Positions 1 through 10,025 of a stretch of DNA of 64,000 bases are shown here, in pieces. Numbering within the stretch: position 1 is the first letter of the stretch; every line of letters starts with the position of its first letter. A program made the position numbers and the translations under genes. Source of the stretch: Candidatus Micrarchaeota archaeon (GTDB taxonomy: Archaea; Micrarchaeota; Micrarchaeia; Anstonellales; JAGGVH01). The DNA is taken from contig JAHKLX010000007.1 in NCBI GenBank assembly GCA_020854835.1, positions 36,044 through 100,043 on the forward strand. The letters run 5' to 3'. Below the pieces are notes generated by a model. That model was not told where the DNA came from. It worked only from the letters and a program-made list of their open reading frames with translations, and made no database searches.

Positions 1-218
1 CCATAAGTTAAAACTATTTCGATACCTGCAGTCTCATAATTTATAAGACCTTTTTTGTATTTGTTTATGATTTTGTGCAAATTTTCCAGTTCTCGTTTAT
101 CAAATAAACCTCTTTTAGCTAAAAATTCAGGGAACTTCAATATATAAAATCCTTTAGAAAGAGTTCCATCAACATCCGACAGTAATACAGGCTTATTTAA
201 AGATTTGGGTGTAACCAT
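1..218 (-). CDS. HAD-superfamily phosphatase, N-terminal part (runs off window start)
   Basis: Not in ORF track; manual translation from ATG at 218: MVTPKSLNKPVLLSDVDGTLSKGFY..., with HAD motif I DxDGT. Confidence 0.75.
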   Translation of the reverse strand, partial: MVTPKSLNKPVLLSDVDGTLSKGFYILKFPEFLAKRGLFDKRELENLHKIINKYKKGLINYETAGIEIVLTY

Positions 219-250
219 AAATTTATATATAATACCAAATATTTTTAAAC

Positions 251-877
251 TTATTGTGTTGTTTGGTTCATATCTGTCATACCATCTATAAAATCCGTTG
301 TCAGATTGGAATCATTTGTTGTGTTTAAAGTTTCATTTAAAACATTGAACAGGGAATCCGGTTCTTCCTGATCATCAGTTTGAGGTAGGTTAAATATTCC
401 AAAACCCTCTGATTCTGAAGCATCTTTAGACACTGTAGGCATTATATCTAAATCTCTATATGTTCCTGGATCTTCAAAACTTTCTTGAACAAACATAGTT
501 GGTTCTGAAGAAGACAGTGTCATTTGAGATATGAAGCCTATAAATAAAAACAATCCTAAAACTGCAAATATAATTGTACTTAAAACAATGACAACTCTTT
601 TAACATTGCGAGAGTCTTGGTCTTCACCAACCAGCCTATGGCCGTGTTTAGTTAAAGAATAATATTTCCATTTACCCCTATCTATATCCTTAACTAATTC
701 TGATTTAACCAACAAATCCATATGTTCTTTAACTGTTGATTTTGAAAGATTCAAATGTTTAGATATTTCAGATAGATTATAATCTCTTTTGCGAAGCAGT
801 TTTAAAATACTTATTCTTGTGTCTGATGCTAAAAGTTTGAAAGTTTCCTTATCCATAACTATCGCATCATCCATCAT
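251..877 (-). CDS. ArsR-family winged-helix regulator with C-terminal transmembrane anchor
   Basis: LASDTRISILKLL...SEISKHLNLSKSTVKEHMDLL HTH, then hydrophobic VVIVLSTIIFAVLGLFLFIGFI and acidic tail. Confidence 0.8.
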   Translation of the reverse strand: MMDDAIVMDKETFKLLASDTRISILKLLRKRDYNLSEISKHLNLSKSTVKEHMDLLVKSELVKDIDRGKWKYYSLTKHGHRLVGEDQDSRNVKRVVIVLSTIIFAVLGLFLFIGFISQMTLSSSEPTMFVQESFEDPGTYRDLDIMPTVSKDASESEGFGIFNLPQTDDQEEPDSLFNVLNETLNTTNDSNLTTDFIDGMTDMNQTTQ

Positions 878-910
878 AACACTTCTTTTAGATAAATTAG
901 TATATAAATA

Positions 911-2143
911 TTATATTTCTTGTTCGGTTTCTTCCGAACTGTCAATATTTAAGAATTTTGAATCCAATAAATAGACCATAAGGGAAGGAAATATGTTTGT
1001 TACTAAAATCACCATAAAAACGATTTCCTCTAGATACATTATCATAACATCTCCGCCTACATAAGTTACAAGAACTGCTGCTGCCAGACCTCGGGGGATC
1101 ATACTATTTAGAATTATTTTTTCTTTGGAATCGCAATCTTTGAATATTATAAAACTTCCAATACTTCTCGCGACCACTGCAATTGCCAAAACCAACAAAC
1201 TGAAATAAATTGTTATGAAATTGACATATTTTACGCTCAAAAGCAAACCAATGTAAACAAAAAAGAAAGTGCGTACAAAAAATGTGACTTCATCTTGAAA
1301 CAATAAAAACTTTTTATCCACCTTTCGATCATTATCAAAATTTATAAGGGCATTTATTTCTTCCATATGGCCCATCAAAAGACCAAAAACAAAAACTGCA
1401 ATTGCACCGTTGCCCCCATTATATTCAGTTATGGAATATAAGAAAAACAAAATGGCTAATGTAAGCATATAGAAAAATGAATTTTTTGGCATTTTTGATA
1501 AGATAAAAATCCATATTGCTCCTGCTGCAATTCCCAAAACAATAGAAACTGAAAATGTTGAAACAAAAAATGTTGTTATACTGTTTACAGCAAAATCAGT
1601 TCCTCCCCCTATGATAATTTTAAGTATTAAAACACTAGTCAAAACACATAAAACATCTGTTAATGTTGATTCGAGAATTAAAGAATCTTTAACTTTTGCA
1701 GATACGGGGAGCTTATCAACCAAAGATATAACAATTGGGGAACTTATACCCCCAACAATAGCGCCCAAAAGAAGACCAGATAAAATATTCATCCCTGCAA
1801 TATACTTCAAAAAAAATCCTAATGAAAAAACAGTTACTACAAATACAAAAATAGTAAATGCTGTTGACTTTGGTGCTGTTTTAATTAAACGAATTACATT
1901 TGTTTTTGTACCTGCATCAAATAATATTAAAATGAATGCCAAAGCACCCACAATTGGATAAATTTCTTTTATAATTTCTCCCTCTGAAACATCAACTATG
2001 CCTAAGAGAGGACCTATTAAAAAACCTAAAAACATTAATAAGATCACACTAGATATCTTAAATTTACTGAACACTATATCTGCTATGAAACCCATGAATA
2101 TAATGGCACCGATAACAAGAAATATTTCTTCGATGCCAGTCAT
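911..2143 (-). CDS. Cation:proton antiporter (CPA1/NhaP type)
   Basis: About 12-13 hydrophobic segments, LESTLTD and PRGLAAAVL motifs. Confidence 0.9.
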   Translation of the reverse strand: MTGIEEIFLVIGAIIFMGFIADIVFSKFKISSVILLMFLGFLIGPLLGIVDVSEGEIIKEIYPIVGALAFILILFDAGTKTNVIRLIKTAPKSTAFTIFVFVVTVFSLGFFLKYIAGMNILSGLLLGAIVGGISSPIVISLVDKLPVSAKVKDSLILESTLTDVLCVLTSVLILKIIIGGGTDFAVNSITTFFVSTFSVSIVLGIAAGAIWIFILSKMPKNSFFYMLTLAILFFLYSITEYNGGNGAIAVFVFGLLMGHMEEINALINFDNDRKVDKKFLLFQDEVTFFVRTFFFVYIGLLLSVKYVNFITIYFSLLVLAIAVVARSIGSFIIFKDCDSKEKIILNSMIPRGLAAAVLVTYVGGDVMIMYLEEIVFMVILVTNIFPSLMVYLLDSKFLNIDSSEETEQEI

Positions 2144-2147
2144 TCAT

Positions 2148-2450
2148 TCACCCAAAAAGATTGCCAAAACCTTCGCTTGCTCGATCTTTTTCTTGTTTTA
2201 TTGATAAAGCTATTTCATTTGTTTTATCCTCGGCCAGTTTCTTAACAAGATCGCCGAATTGTTCTTCTGCCCATTTAATAAAATCTTCATCTGCTTCCAG
2301 GTATATAATCCAACCCTCAACACCATATGTTTTTCCATCTTTGAAATCATAACCTTGTCTCGCAAAGGAAATTTTTTCAGTGGTATCTTTTTGAAGGATT
2401 GATTCAACTTTACCTTTTAAATCAGTAGAACATGAATAAACTACTTTCAT
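2148..2450 (-). CDS. Hypothetical protein
   Basis: 100-aa ORF preceded by AGGTGA SD, packed into an operon with its neighbours. Confidence 0.75.
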   Translation of the reverse strand: MKVVYSCSTDLKGKVESILQKDTTEKISFARQGYDFKDGKTYGVEGWIIYLEADEDFIKWAEEQFGDLVKKLAEDKTNEIALSIKQEKDRASEGFGNLFG

Positions 2451-2463
2451 CTTAAATCACCCT

Positions 2464-2739
2464 TTAGTCCTTAACGCTTTTCATTACAAATATGAATCCT
2501 ACTCCTATTAATATTAGCGACAGTGCAGAGGGTATATCAAGAACAAAACCTGTGTAATTAATATAGACTAATAGCCCCAATCCAACGGTGATTGCTAACA
2601 ATCCGAACACTAGATTGTCTTCTCCCTCAATTCCTTGTAATCTCTCTAAAGTTTTTTTGTCTACTGTTTTGATTCTCTTTTTAGATACAGCTTTTCTCTT
2701 CTTATTTTTAGTCTTTCTTTTGGCTACCATACCCAACAA
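2464..2739 (-). CDS. Small membrane protein with basic N-terminus
   Basis: Lys-rich N-terminus plus two hydrophobic segments. Confidence 0.65.
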   Translation of the reverse strand: MLGMVAKRKTKNKKRKAVSKKRIKTVDKKTLERLQGIEGEDNLVFGLLAITVGLGLLVYINYTGFVLDIPSALSLILIGVGFIFVMKSVKD

Positions 2740-2784
2740 TACAAATGTAATATTTAAAAATCTTTATATTAAAACTAATAGATT

Positions 2785-2955
2785 ATGTCAGTTAAAAAAG
2801 TTGGATATAAAATGCCTCGCTCAATGGCGGGTGTTATGGGCTCAGGAGAAACAGAAACAGGCGGAATACCTATCGATCCAAAATGGTTCTTAATAGTTGT
2901 TCTTGGATTAATAATATTGATAAATATAGTAAATCTATATATCTCATATTTCTGA
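2785..2955 (+). CDS. secG: Preprotein translocase subunit Sec61beta
   Basis: Missed by ORF track; MSVKKVGYKMPRSMAGVMGSGETETGGIPIDPKWFLIVVLGLIILINIVNLYISYF (56 aa) fits the P-x-S-x-AG...I.IDP plus single TM pattern. Confidence 0.8.
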   Translation: MSVKKVGYKMPRSMAGVMGSGETETGGIPIDPKWFLIVVLGLIILINIVNLYISYF

Positions 2956-2956
2956 T

Positions 2957-5308
2957 TTACATTGTTGCTTTTTTTAACATTGTTTCTTTTCTTATCTGAT
3001 TAATCTGTGATTGCAAAGTCAGATAGCTACTGCGGTCAATAAGACCCCCTGTAACAAATCCATTTGTAAAATCAAGAATATTGTCCAATACGCGATGGAA
3101 TTCTACATCTTTTAGATTATCCGATGACAAAATATATTCATATTCATTGTTTTTTACTTTTAATCCTATTTGCAACATATTGTTTTGGCCATCATAATTT
3201 ATGGAAAAATTATTTTTAGATGCCCATAAATTTTTGACAAATTCATCGGCGTTGAAATTTTTAGTGGGAATTAAATCTTGTGTTTCAGGTTCAATTCCTT
3301 CTAATGTATCTGTTTCTTTTACATTTTGTAAGGGTTTTTGTTGAGTTGTATCAGGTCGTGGAGGAGGAGGGGGTACTCTGTACCCTTCGGGAGGGGGCGG
3401 AGGAGGAACTTCACCTATTTCCACTTTGGGCCTTTCCCCTAAAAATTCATCAGGTTGGAATTTTTTAGTTGTAGAAGTTGCAGGAATTTTTTCAGTTTGT
3501 TTAACAACCTGCTGCTGACCTATGTAAAGTGGGGGAGTGTAACCTAAAAATCTTTCAAAATCAACTAACGCCCTCTCACATTCTTCAATATTTAATGTTG
3601 TTGAAGACCAGTATCTTAAATAATCATGAAAACTATCAAGAGTGTCCTTTAGATTTTCTTTTCTCATCACGTCTAAACCTGCAAACATTTTGATATCTTC
3701 AAAATCAAAAACATGATTTATTCCGTTTAAATCAGTTATAGTTAAAGTATGTGTTTCTTGGTTAAAATTAAATGGAAAAATACCAGATTCTATTGCGTCC
3801 TGTGCATAACCTAACGCAGTTTCAAAATCATATAACCTTTGGTGTACATCAGTTGTTTTTTTTCTTGCTGTGATTTGTCGAACATTACTGATTAATTTTT
3901 GTCTTTCAGTTTCTGGAAGTCTTCCTTTTAATATATTGAAAAGTTTAGTGATTTCCTCATTGGAAAGTGATGAAATCGTTTCATCGTTTATTGTGAATTC
4001 TCTTGTTGAATTTATTGCTGCCCCTGGAGAATATGATAATCTCAAAACGGGATATCCCTGGTCATTATAGAAAATTTCGGTCGATTTCTTTCCAGATGCA
4101 CTTATTCTATCTTGAAGATACATAACCCTGTAAACTTCATCTATATTCTTGTCCGATAAAATATTCTGTTTGAGTATATTGGTTGGCGATAAAGTAGCAG
4201 ACGCGGCCGAAGGACCTGCAGTTTGTGTTTGGGGAAAGGGGAGATGCGATTTTATTTTGTTGATAAACGCAGAATCCAATGAATATCCCAAAACAGTTTC
4301 TAATTCTGATAAATTTTCTAAAAGTTTTTGAGCACCGAACGAATTCAAAGTTTTTTGATCAATAATATAATCATAAACTGTAAGGTTTGCATCACCTTTG
4401 CGAGTAGGTGGTTGGGGCACGTGAATATGCAACCAGCCATTAGAATCATAATTTATCGAAACCTCGCCCCGATTATATTCCCTTGAGCTTTTTATATCAA
4501 ATAACATGAGCTCAAAATGTCGCGTATTTGTAACCGAATTTAATAGATACAATGTCTCAGTTTTTTGCTTAGGTTCTGGAGTTTCCTTGGGAGCTTCGGT
4601 CCAATATAATTGAGGGAGATCTTCTTCAGTTATTTTTGGTTTAATAGTATCGGGAGAAGCAACCCATTCTTGATTTAATGAAGAGGGTCTTTCTTGGGAT
4701 ATATTTGAATTACCGTTTGTTGCGTGATATAAAGTTCCATCTTCTTCAGGAGCATGGAATAATTGTTCAGCAACAAACTCTGGAGATATTGATTCTGTGG
4801 AATTTGTTGAATCTTTTTTTTGTGTATTATCTATATATGCGGGTGTGGCCGACAATTCCTGTTTTATTTCAGTTGCATGTTCTTCAAGCTTTTGATTCGA
4901 CCAGGTAGAATAAAATGCATAAACATTCGGGGAATTTTGCAAAGCTTGGTCCATAGTTCCCCCATCAAGAAGAACTTTTATTGTTTGATCAACTTTGGTT
5001 TTCCCAATCGCATACCCATAATAATACCACTCCAAGGTAAGAGCAGTTTTAACTTTTTCTTGTTCTGTAGTTGTTAAACCTACAAACTCAGGAATTGTAC
5101 TCATTAAAGTGCATGCTCGAACGTATGATTCTGTTAATTTTGTTGTTATGTTTTCGGGTGTTGACTTGGAAAACACTCTTGAATGAAAAGAATCATTTGA
5201 TAAAAAATTCTGAAGACTTTGAATGAAATTTTTGTTTTGTTCAAATTCATTTACATTTAAATTTTTAAGTTGGTTTTCCCAATAATTTTCTATCTTAAAA
5301 TTTCCCAT
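2957..5308 (-). CDS. Large orphan protein with internal repeated modules and polyproline tract
   Basis: 783-aa ORF with AGGTGA SD; PPPPPPEGYRVPPPPPRP; no recognised family. Confidence 0.75.
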   Translation of the reverse strand: MGNFKIENYWENQLKNLNVNEFEQNKNFIQSLQNFLSNDSFHSRVFSKSTPENITTKLTESYVRACTLMSTIPEFVGLTTTEQEKVKTALTLEWYYYGYAIGKTKVDQTIKVLLDGGTMDQALQNSPNVYAFYSTWSNQKLEEHATEIKQELSATPAYIDNTQKKDSTNSTESISPEFVAEQLFHAPEEDGTLYHATNGNSNISQERPSSLNQEWVASPDTIKPKITEEDLPQLYWTEAPKETPEPKQKTETLYLLNSVTNTRHFELMLFDIKSSREYNRGEVSINYDSNGWLHIHVPQPPTRKGDANLTVYDYIIDQKTLNSFGAQKLLENLSELETVLGYSLDSAFINKIKSHLPFPQTQTAGPSAASATLSPTNILKQNILSDKNIDEVYRVMYLQDRISASGKKSTEIFYNDQGYPVLRLSYSPGAAINSTREFTINDETISSLSNEEITKLFNILKGRLPETERQKLISNVRQITARKKTTDVHQRLYDFETALGYAQDAIESGIFPFNFNQETHTLTITDLNGINHVFDFEDIKMFAGLDVMRKENLKDTLDSFHDYLRYWSSTTLNIEECERALVDFERFLGYTPPLYIGQQQVVKQTEKIPATSTTKKFQPDEFLGERPKVEIGEVPPPPPPEGYRVPPPPPRPDTTQQKPLQNVKETDTLEGIEPETQDLIPTKNFNADEFVKNLWASKNNFSINYDGQNNMLQIGLKVKNNEYEYILSSDNLKDVEFHRVLDNILDFTNGFVTGGLIDRSSYLTLQSQINQIRKETMLKKATM

Positions 5309-5338
5309 ATGATCACCTATTAATATTAAATGTTATAA

Positions 5339-5351
5339 GAAAGTTTATAAA
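5339..5351 (+). promoter_or_regulatory. BRE-TATA promoter for trmI (probably leaderless)
   Basis: GAAAG-TTTATAAA ending 22 nt before the trmI ATG. Confidence 0.55.
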
Positions 5352-5373
5352 TCTATTTTGATGTCTTTAAACC

Positions 5374-5967
5374 ATGGGAAAAAACGATATTCTTGTAAGA
5401 CTTAATCCAAATCTTAAAAAACTTAAGCGAGGGCCGTATGGCGGACCGCAAATCATACTGCCAAAAGATATTGGTGTTGTTTTTGGATACACAGATTTAG
5501 GAAGAAACAGTAAAATTGTTGAAGCAGGAAGTGGTGCAGGATTTTTCACAGTGTCATTAGCAAATATCTGCAAAACTGTTTATTCTTACGAAGTCAGAGA
5601 AGATTTTTATATTGCTGCAAAAAAAAATATTGAAAAAATGGGTATGAAAAATGCGAAACTCAAAAATAAGGATATTTCGAAAGGAATAAAAGAAAAAAAC
5701 GTTGATGCTGTTTTTTTGGATATGCCAAAATCTGACCTAATTGTTCCACTGGCTTTCAAGGCAGTAAAAGAAAATGGGTGGATAATTGGCTATTTACCAA
5801 ATGTTGAACAAGTTAAAGAATTTTATATAGCATGTGAAAAAGCTGGATTCAAAGATTTGTTTGTAATTGAATCAATAAACAGAGAATGGGTTGTGAGAGA
5901 ACATGGGGTTAGACCACAACATAAAGGACTTGTTCACACGGCGTTTATTGTTTTTGGAAGGAGATGA
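5374..5967 (+). CDS. trmI: tRNA (adenine57/58-N1)-methyltransferase
   Basis: PQIILPKDIG, VEAGSGAG, YEVREDF, FLDMP, VRP...HTAFIVFGR motifs. Confidence 0.9.
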   Translation: MGKNDILVRLNPNLKKLKRGPYGGPQIILPKDIGVVFGYTDLGRNSKIVEAGSGAGFFTVSLANICKTVYSYEVREDFYIAAKKNIEKMGMKNAKLKNKDISKGIKEKNVDAVFLDMPKSDLIVPLAFKAVKENGWIIGYLPNVEQVKEFYIACEKAGFKDLFVIESINREWVVREHGVRPQHKGLVHTAFIVFGRR

Positions 5968-5970
5968 AAA

Positions 5971-6528
5971 ATGAAAGTTTTTGGGAATATGTATGTCATG
6001 GCATCAAGATTTCTTTTTTTAATTGCACTTATTTTTTTGTTTGTCGGCATATTGTTTATTTCAATAAATATGGACCTATCTAATTTTGTCAAGTTAGGTC
6101 TTCTTATTTTAGCAATGATAATACCACTTATACTTTTTCCATTACAGATGATTACAGGAATTAAATGGGATCAGGCAGAAATTGATTATTATGGAATAAA
6201 GATTTCAAATTTGTTGAAAAAAGAATATATAAGGTTTGAAAATATTGAACACATTGAATGCACATTTGATTTACCCAGTGTTAAATTTAAAGGAAAGGAT
6301 CAAAAATATTTTCATACAAAAAGAAATTTTTTACCATCTCTAGTAGTGCATACTGCTGAAAAAAGTTATGTTGTTACGGGCAGAATGCTAGGTAAAGAAA
6401 AGTTCAAAAATATTTCTGAAAAAATTGCTCAGTCAGTACCTGACCACATAAAAGTAACGTATGCTGATGTTTCTTTTTTTGGATTGAAAAAAGGTGAAAC
6501 AATAGTTCTGAAAAAAGGAGAAGAATGA
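5971..6528 (+). CDS. Membrane protein (2 TM plus soluble, possibly PH-like domain)
   Basis: Two N-terminal hydrophobic helices followed by a beta-rich region. Confidence 0.65.
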   Translation: MKVFGNMYVMASRFLFLIALIFLFVGILFISINMDLSNFVKLGLLILAMIIPLILFPLQMITGIKWDQAEIDYYGIKISNLLKKEYIRFENIEHIECTFDLPSVKFKGKDQKYFHTKRNFLPSLVVHTAEKSYVVTGRMLGKEKFKNISEKIAQSVPDHIKVTYADVSFFGLKKGETIVLKKGEE

Positions 6529-8130
6529 TCATTTTCTTTTTAAGCAAGCTCTAACAAAACCAAAGAATAAAGGAGCGGGTTTTTCAAATCTTGATTTTAA
6601 CTCAGGATGTGCTTGTGTTGCAACAAAATAAGGATGATCTTTCAACTCTATAAATTCAACCAATTTTTTGTTCGGGCTCAACCCAGAAAATATTAAACCA
6701 TTTTTCTTTAAAGTTTCATGATATTCTGGATTAACTTCATATCTATGCCTATGTCTCTCTTGAACAACATCACTGTTGTATAAATTGTAAACTTTTGTAC
6801 CTTTATCTAAGTTTGCAGGATAAGCACCTAATCTCATTGTTCCGCCTTTTGTCGTAATATCTTTTTGCTCAGGTAAGATATCTATAACTGGATTTTCAGT
6901 TTCAGGATTTATTTCTTTTGAACTCGCATCCTTCAAACCACAAACATTCCTAGCAAATTCAATAACCGCCAACTGCATACCATAACATAAACCCAAATAA
7001 GGAACATCATTTTCGCGAGCGTGTTGTATTACTTTTATTTTGCCCTCAACACCCCGAGAACCAAACCCGCCTGGAACAAGAATTCCATCTGCATTTCCAA
7101 TCGCATCCTGAATAGATAGAACTCCCGATTCAATATCTGTTGTTTCAACCCATTTTATCTCGATTTCCGTTCTTAGATGCGCACCTGCATGTTTTAAAGC
7201 CTCAACCACACTGGCATAAGAATCGTGAAGATCTGTATATTTTCCGCAGATTGCAATTGTGAGTTTGTTGGTTGGATTTTTCATATTGTTTAAAACTTCC
7301 TCCCATTTTGAGAGATCCACGTCTATTTTTTCATGTAAAACATCTGATAAAGAATCCACCATACCATTTTCATAAAACATTAGAGGAATCTCATATATAT
7401 TATTCATATCAATTGCAGAAATTATTTGTTTTGGATTTAAATTCAATTCATTGAATTTGTGTTTTATTCTTTCTGGAAGAACATAATGACTTCTTGCAAT
7501 TACCAGATCAGGATTTATTCCCATTGAACGCAACAAAGCTATATCTCTTTTGGCAGGTTTTGTCTTAAGTTCGCCAGTATTATACAACATAGGAAGATAT
7601 GTTAAATGAATATATGCAATATTATCAATTCCTATATTGTGTGAAAGCCGGTGGGCTGCCTCAATGAACCAAAAATTTTCATTGTCCCCTATAGTACCAC
7701 CTATTTCAATAAGCATATAATCTGGTTTGTGTTTCTCAGCAAGCTCAATCCACCAATCAATAACTTCATTCACTGCATGAGGAACAATTTGAATTGTTTT
7801 TCCTAAGAACTTTCCTTCTCTTTCCTTATCTATTAATCTTAAAAATAACTTTCCAGATGTTATATTCCAATCTCCTTCTCCCTCTGTTCCAATGAATCGT
7901 TCATAATGTCCGAAATCCATATCAACTTCAGTACCGTCATTCAATACAAAAACTTCGCCGTGTTCAATAGGATTCATTGTTCCAGGATCTACATTCAAAT
8001 AACCGTCACATTTAACAACTATTATTTTTTTATCGCCGTGATTTTTTAGAAGACGTCCGATAGAGGCAGTTGCAATACCTTTTCCAATTCCAGATAAAAC
8101 TCCCCCTGTAATAAATATAAATTTTGACAT
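6529..8130 (-). CDS. pyrG: CTP synthase
   Basis: KFIFITGGVLSGIGKG, GLCYGMQ, ERHRHRYEVN, HPE triad. Confidence 0.98.
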   Translation of the reverse strand: MSKFIFITGGVLSGIGKGIATASIGRLLKNHGDKKIIVVKCDGYLNVDPGTMNPIEHGEVFVLNDGTEVDMDFGHYERFIGTEGEGDWNITSGKLFLRLIDKEREGKFLGKTIQIVPHAVNEVIDWWIELAEKHKPDYMLIEIGGTIGDNENFWFIEAAHRLSHNIGIDNIAYIHLTYLPMLYNTGELKTKPAKRDIALLRSMGINPDLVIARSHYVLPERIKHKFNELNLNPKQIISAIDMNNIYEIPLMFYENGMVDSLSDVLHEKIDVDLSKWEEVLNNMKNPTNKLTIAICGKYTDLHDSYASVVEALKHAGAHLRTEIEIKWVETTDIESGVLSIQDAIGNADGILVPGGFGSRGVEGKIKVIQHARENDVPYLGLCYGMQLAVIEFARNVCGLKDASSKEINPETENPVIDILPEQKDITTKGGTMRLGAYPANLDKGTKVYNLYNSDVVQERHRHRYEVNPEYHETLKKNGLIFSGLSPNKKLVEFIELKDHPYFVATQAHPELKSRFEKPAPLFFGFVRACLKRK

Positions 8131-8195
8131 TGTGCTTATATAAAATCAAAAAATTTAAATAGGTGTGGGATTAGACTAAAACTATAGGAGATAAA

Positions 8196-8579
8196 ATGAA
8201 ATTTAATATTACGACAAAAGGAAAATATGATATTGTAGATATAACTTCTAGTGTAAAAAATCTTGTAAATATCAACGAAGGCATATGTGTTGTTTGTGTC
8301 CTACATACAACTGCAGGATTAGTTGTAAATGAATTTGAACCGAATATTGCAGAGGATTATATTGAATTTTTTAAAAACCTCGCCCCAGATAAAAACTGGA
8401 AACACAATAAAATTGATGCAAACGCAGAAGCCCATTTACTTTCTACAATAACTGGATCTTCAAAAACATTTATTGTTAAAAATAATAAATTAATTTTGGG
8501 AACATGGCAAAGAATACTTTTATGCGAATTTGACGGACCAAGAAACAGAGAAGTGATTGTTTATTCAAAATCAGAATAA
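8196..8579 (+). CDS. yjbQ: YjbQ/UPF0047 family protein
   Basis: HTTAGL.VNE, NAEAHL, LGTWQ...EFDGPR. Confidence 0.93.
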   Translation: MKFNITTKGKYDIVDITSSVKNLVNINEGICVVCVLHTTAGLVVNEFEPNIAEDYIEFFKNLAPDKNWKHNKIDANAEAHLLSTITGSSKTFIVKNNKLILGTWQRILLCEFDGPRNREVIVYSKSE

Positions 8580-9007
8580 AATTGTTTGTTTAAATAATTT
8601 TTAACCACTATTTCACTTGGAAAAAACATAGGATGGGGTAAATTGTTTATATCAAACCAAGACCATTCAGTTATTTTATTTGGTTCCGTTACTTTTGGTT
8701 CTCCGTCAAATTCTTCAACCAACAAACCAATAGTAACAAAATGCGCCCCTTTTGTTTTATCATTTGAAACACATATAATTTTTGGGTTTTTGATTTTGAT
8801 TCCTGTTTCTTCCAACGTTTCTCTACAAGCACATTCCTTGAACGATTCTCCAAAATCAAGTTTTCCGCCGGGCATAGTCCAAGAGCCTTGTCCACTTAAA
8901 AGAGACGAAGCTTTCAAAGGATCGGTGTGTCTTTTTCCCAGAAGTATTTTACCCTCTTTAATAACCATAACTCCGACTCCGACACCCACTCTTTTCCAAT
9001 CATCCAT
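8561..9007 (-). CDS. NUDIX hydrolase
   Basis: Nudix box GGKLDFGESFKECACRETLEETG. Confidence 0.93.
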   Translation of the reverse strand: MDDWKRVGVGVGVMVIKEGKILLGKRHTDPLKASSLLSGQGSWTMPGGKLDFGESFKECACRETLEETGIKIKNPKIICVSNDKTKGAHFVTIGLLVEEFDGEPKVTEPNKITEWSWFDINNLPHPMFFPSEIVVKNYLNKQFYSDFE

Positions 9008-9025
9008 TTTTTCACCTATAAAAAA

Positions 9026-9099
9026 CGGGTCCGAAGGGATTTGAACCCTTGGCCTACTGGTTAAAAGCCAGCCGCTCTACCAAGCTGAGCTACGGACCC
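9026..9099 (-). tRNA. tRNA-Lys(UUU), intron-less, no encoded CCA
   Basis: Reverse complement GGGTCCGTAGCTCAG...GCTGG CT TTT AA CCAGT...GGTTCAAATCC...CGGACCCG folds as a cloverleaf. Confidence 0.97.
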
Positions 9100-9195
9100 A
9101 CAAAAAAAGACAATAAATGTTTTAGTTTGGTTAAATAATTAAGGAATATATTTAAAAAGCTCACCGTTGATTTTATGTAAAATGATTATAGAGGG

Positions 9196-10023
9196 ATGTT
9201 TATGTTAATTCTACCAAAACAAAGAGAAGCATATTGGATAGCAGTAGGAATTGGTGGATTTGGAGTAATTGTAGGACTTGTAGGAGGAGGACAAATATTG
9301 TCATTCATAGGGCTGCTTGCTGCAGGTTTAGGTGCGGTATTATCCCTATTAATTTATCAATACGGGTATTTGATTGTTCCTATTTTTACTAAATTTTCAA
9401 GAATTGTAGTTGTAACTCCAGATAAAGAATATGAGATACCTCCTTCACAAGATGTTATTATTAAAAAAACAGGAGATTCATACTACGCAACAAAATTTTT
9501 GGGAGTTCAGATTTTTGAATCCGCAGCTGAAAAAAGCACCGAGGAAAATGTAACTTACATGCTCGCTTTTGAACGTGCAATTTCATCTGTAAAACATGTA
9601 ACAAAGTTTTCAATGATGGTTTATGTTTTAGATATAACAGAAAAAAAGAGAGATATTGAAACAAGAAAATATGAAGCACAACTCAAGCTGGCAAAACAAA
9701 GAGAAAAAGGTCAAGATATGGATGTGCTTTTAATTGATAAATACGAACATGAAATATCAATGTGGGAAAAAGAACTTGAAAAAATCTCAAGAGGTGAAAA
9801 ACCTATGGCAGTTGTGGCGTATATTATGACAACTGCAATCGGGGTTTCAAAAGAAGCTGCCATGGCCGCTGCAAATGGACAAGCAAACGAAATACGTGCA
9901 TCAGTTTCTAATGCACTTAATGCAAAAATAGAAATCATGAAAGCAGATGATATGCTTAGGTGCTTCCAGTGGGAATATCTTCTCCCAGTGTCATATGCAG
10001 AATGGAAACAGCAGGTTGATTAA
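9196..10023 (+). CDS. Membrane protein with coiled coil, possible VirB3/VirB4-N-terminal-like partner of the ATPase
   Basis: Two Gly-rich TM helices, alpha/beta region, charged coiled coil; 2 nt upstream of the ATPase gene. Confidence 0.6.
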   Translation: MFMLILPKQREAYWIAVGIGGFGVIVGLVGGGQILSFIGLLAAGLGAVLSLLIYQYGYLIVPIFTKFSRIVVVTPDKEYEIPPSQDVIIKKTGDSYYATKFLGVQIFESAAEKSTEENVTYMLAFERAISSVKHVTKFSMMVYVLDITEKKRDIETRKYEAQLKLAKQREKGQDMDVLLIDKYEHEISMWEKELEKISRGEKPMAVVAYIMTTAIGVSKEAAMAAANGQANEIRASVSNALNAKIEIMKADDMLRCFQWEYLLPVSYAEWKQQVD

Positions 10024-10025
10024 AT

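Noticed and set aside
2588-2893. 101-aa plus-strand ORF from the track
   Set aside because: Antisense to the 2464-2739 gene and out of frame with the better-supported Sec61beta ORF at 2785-2955
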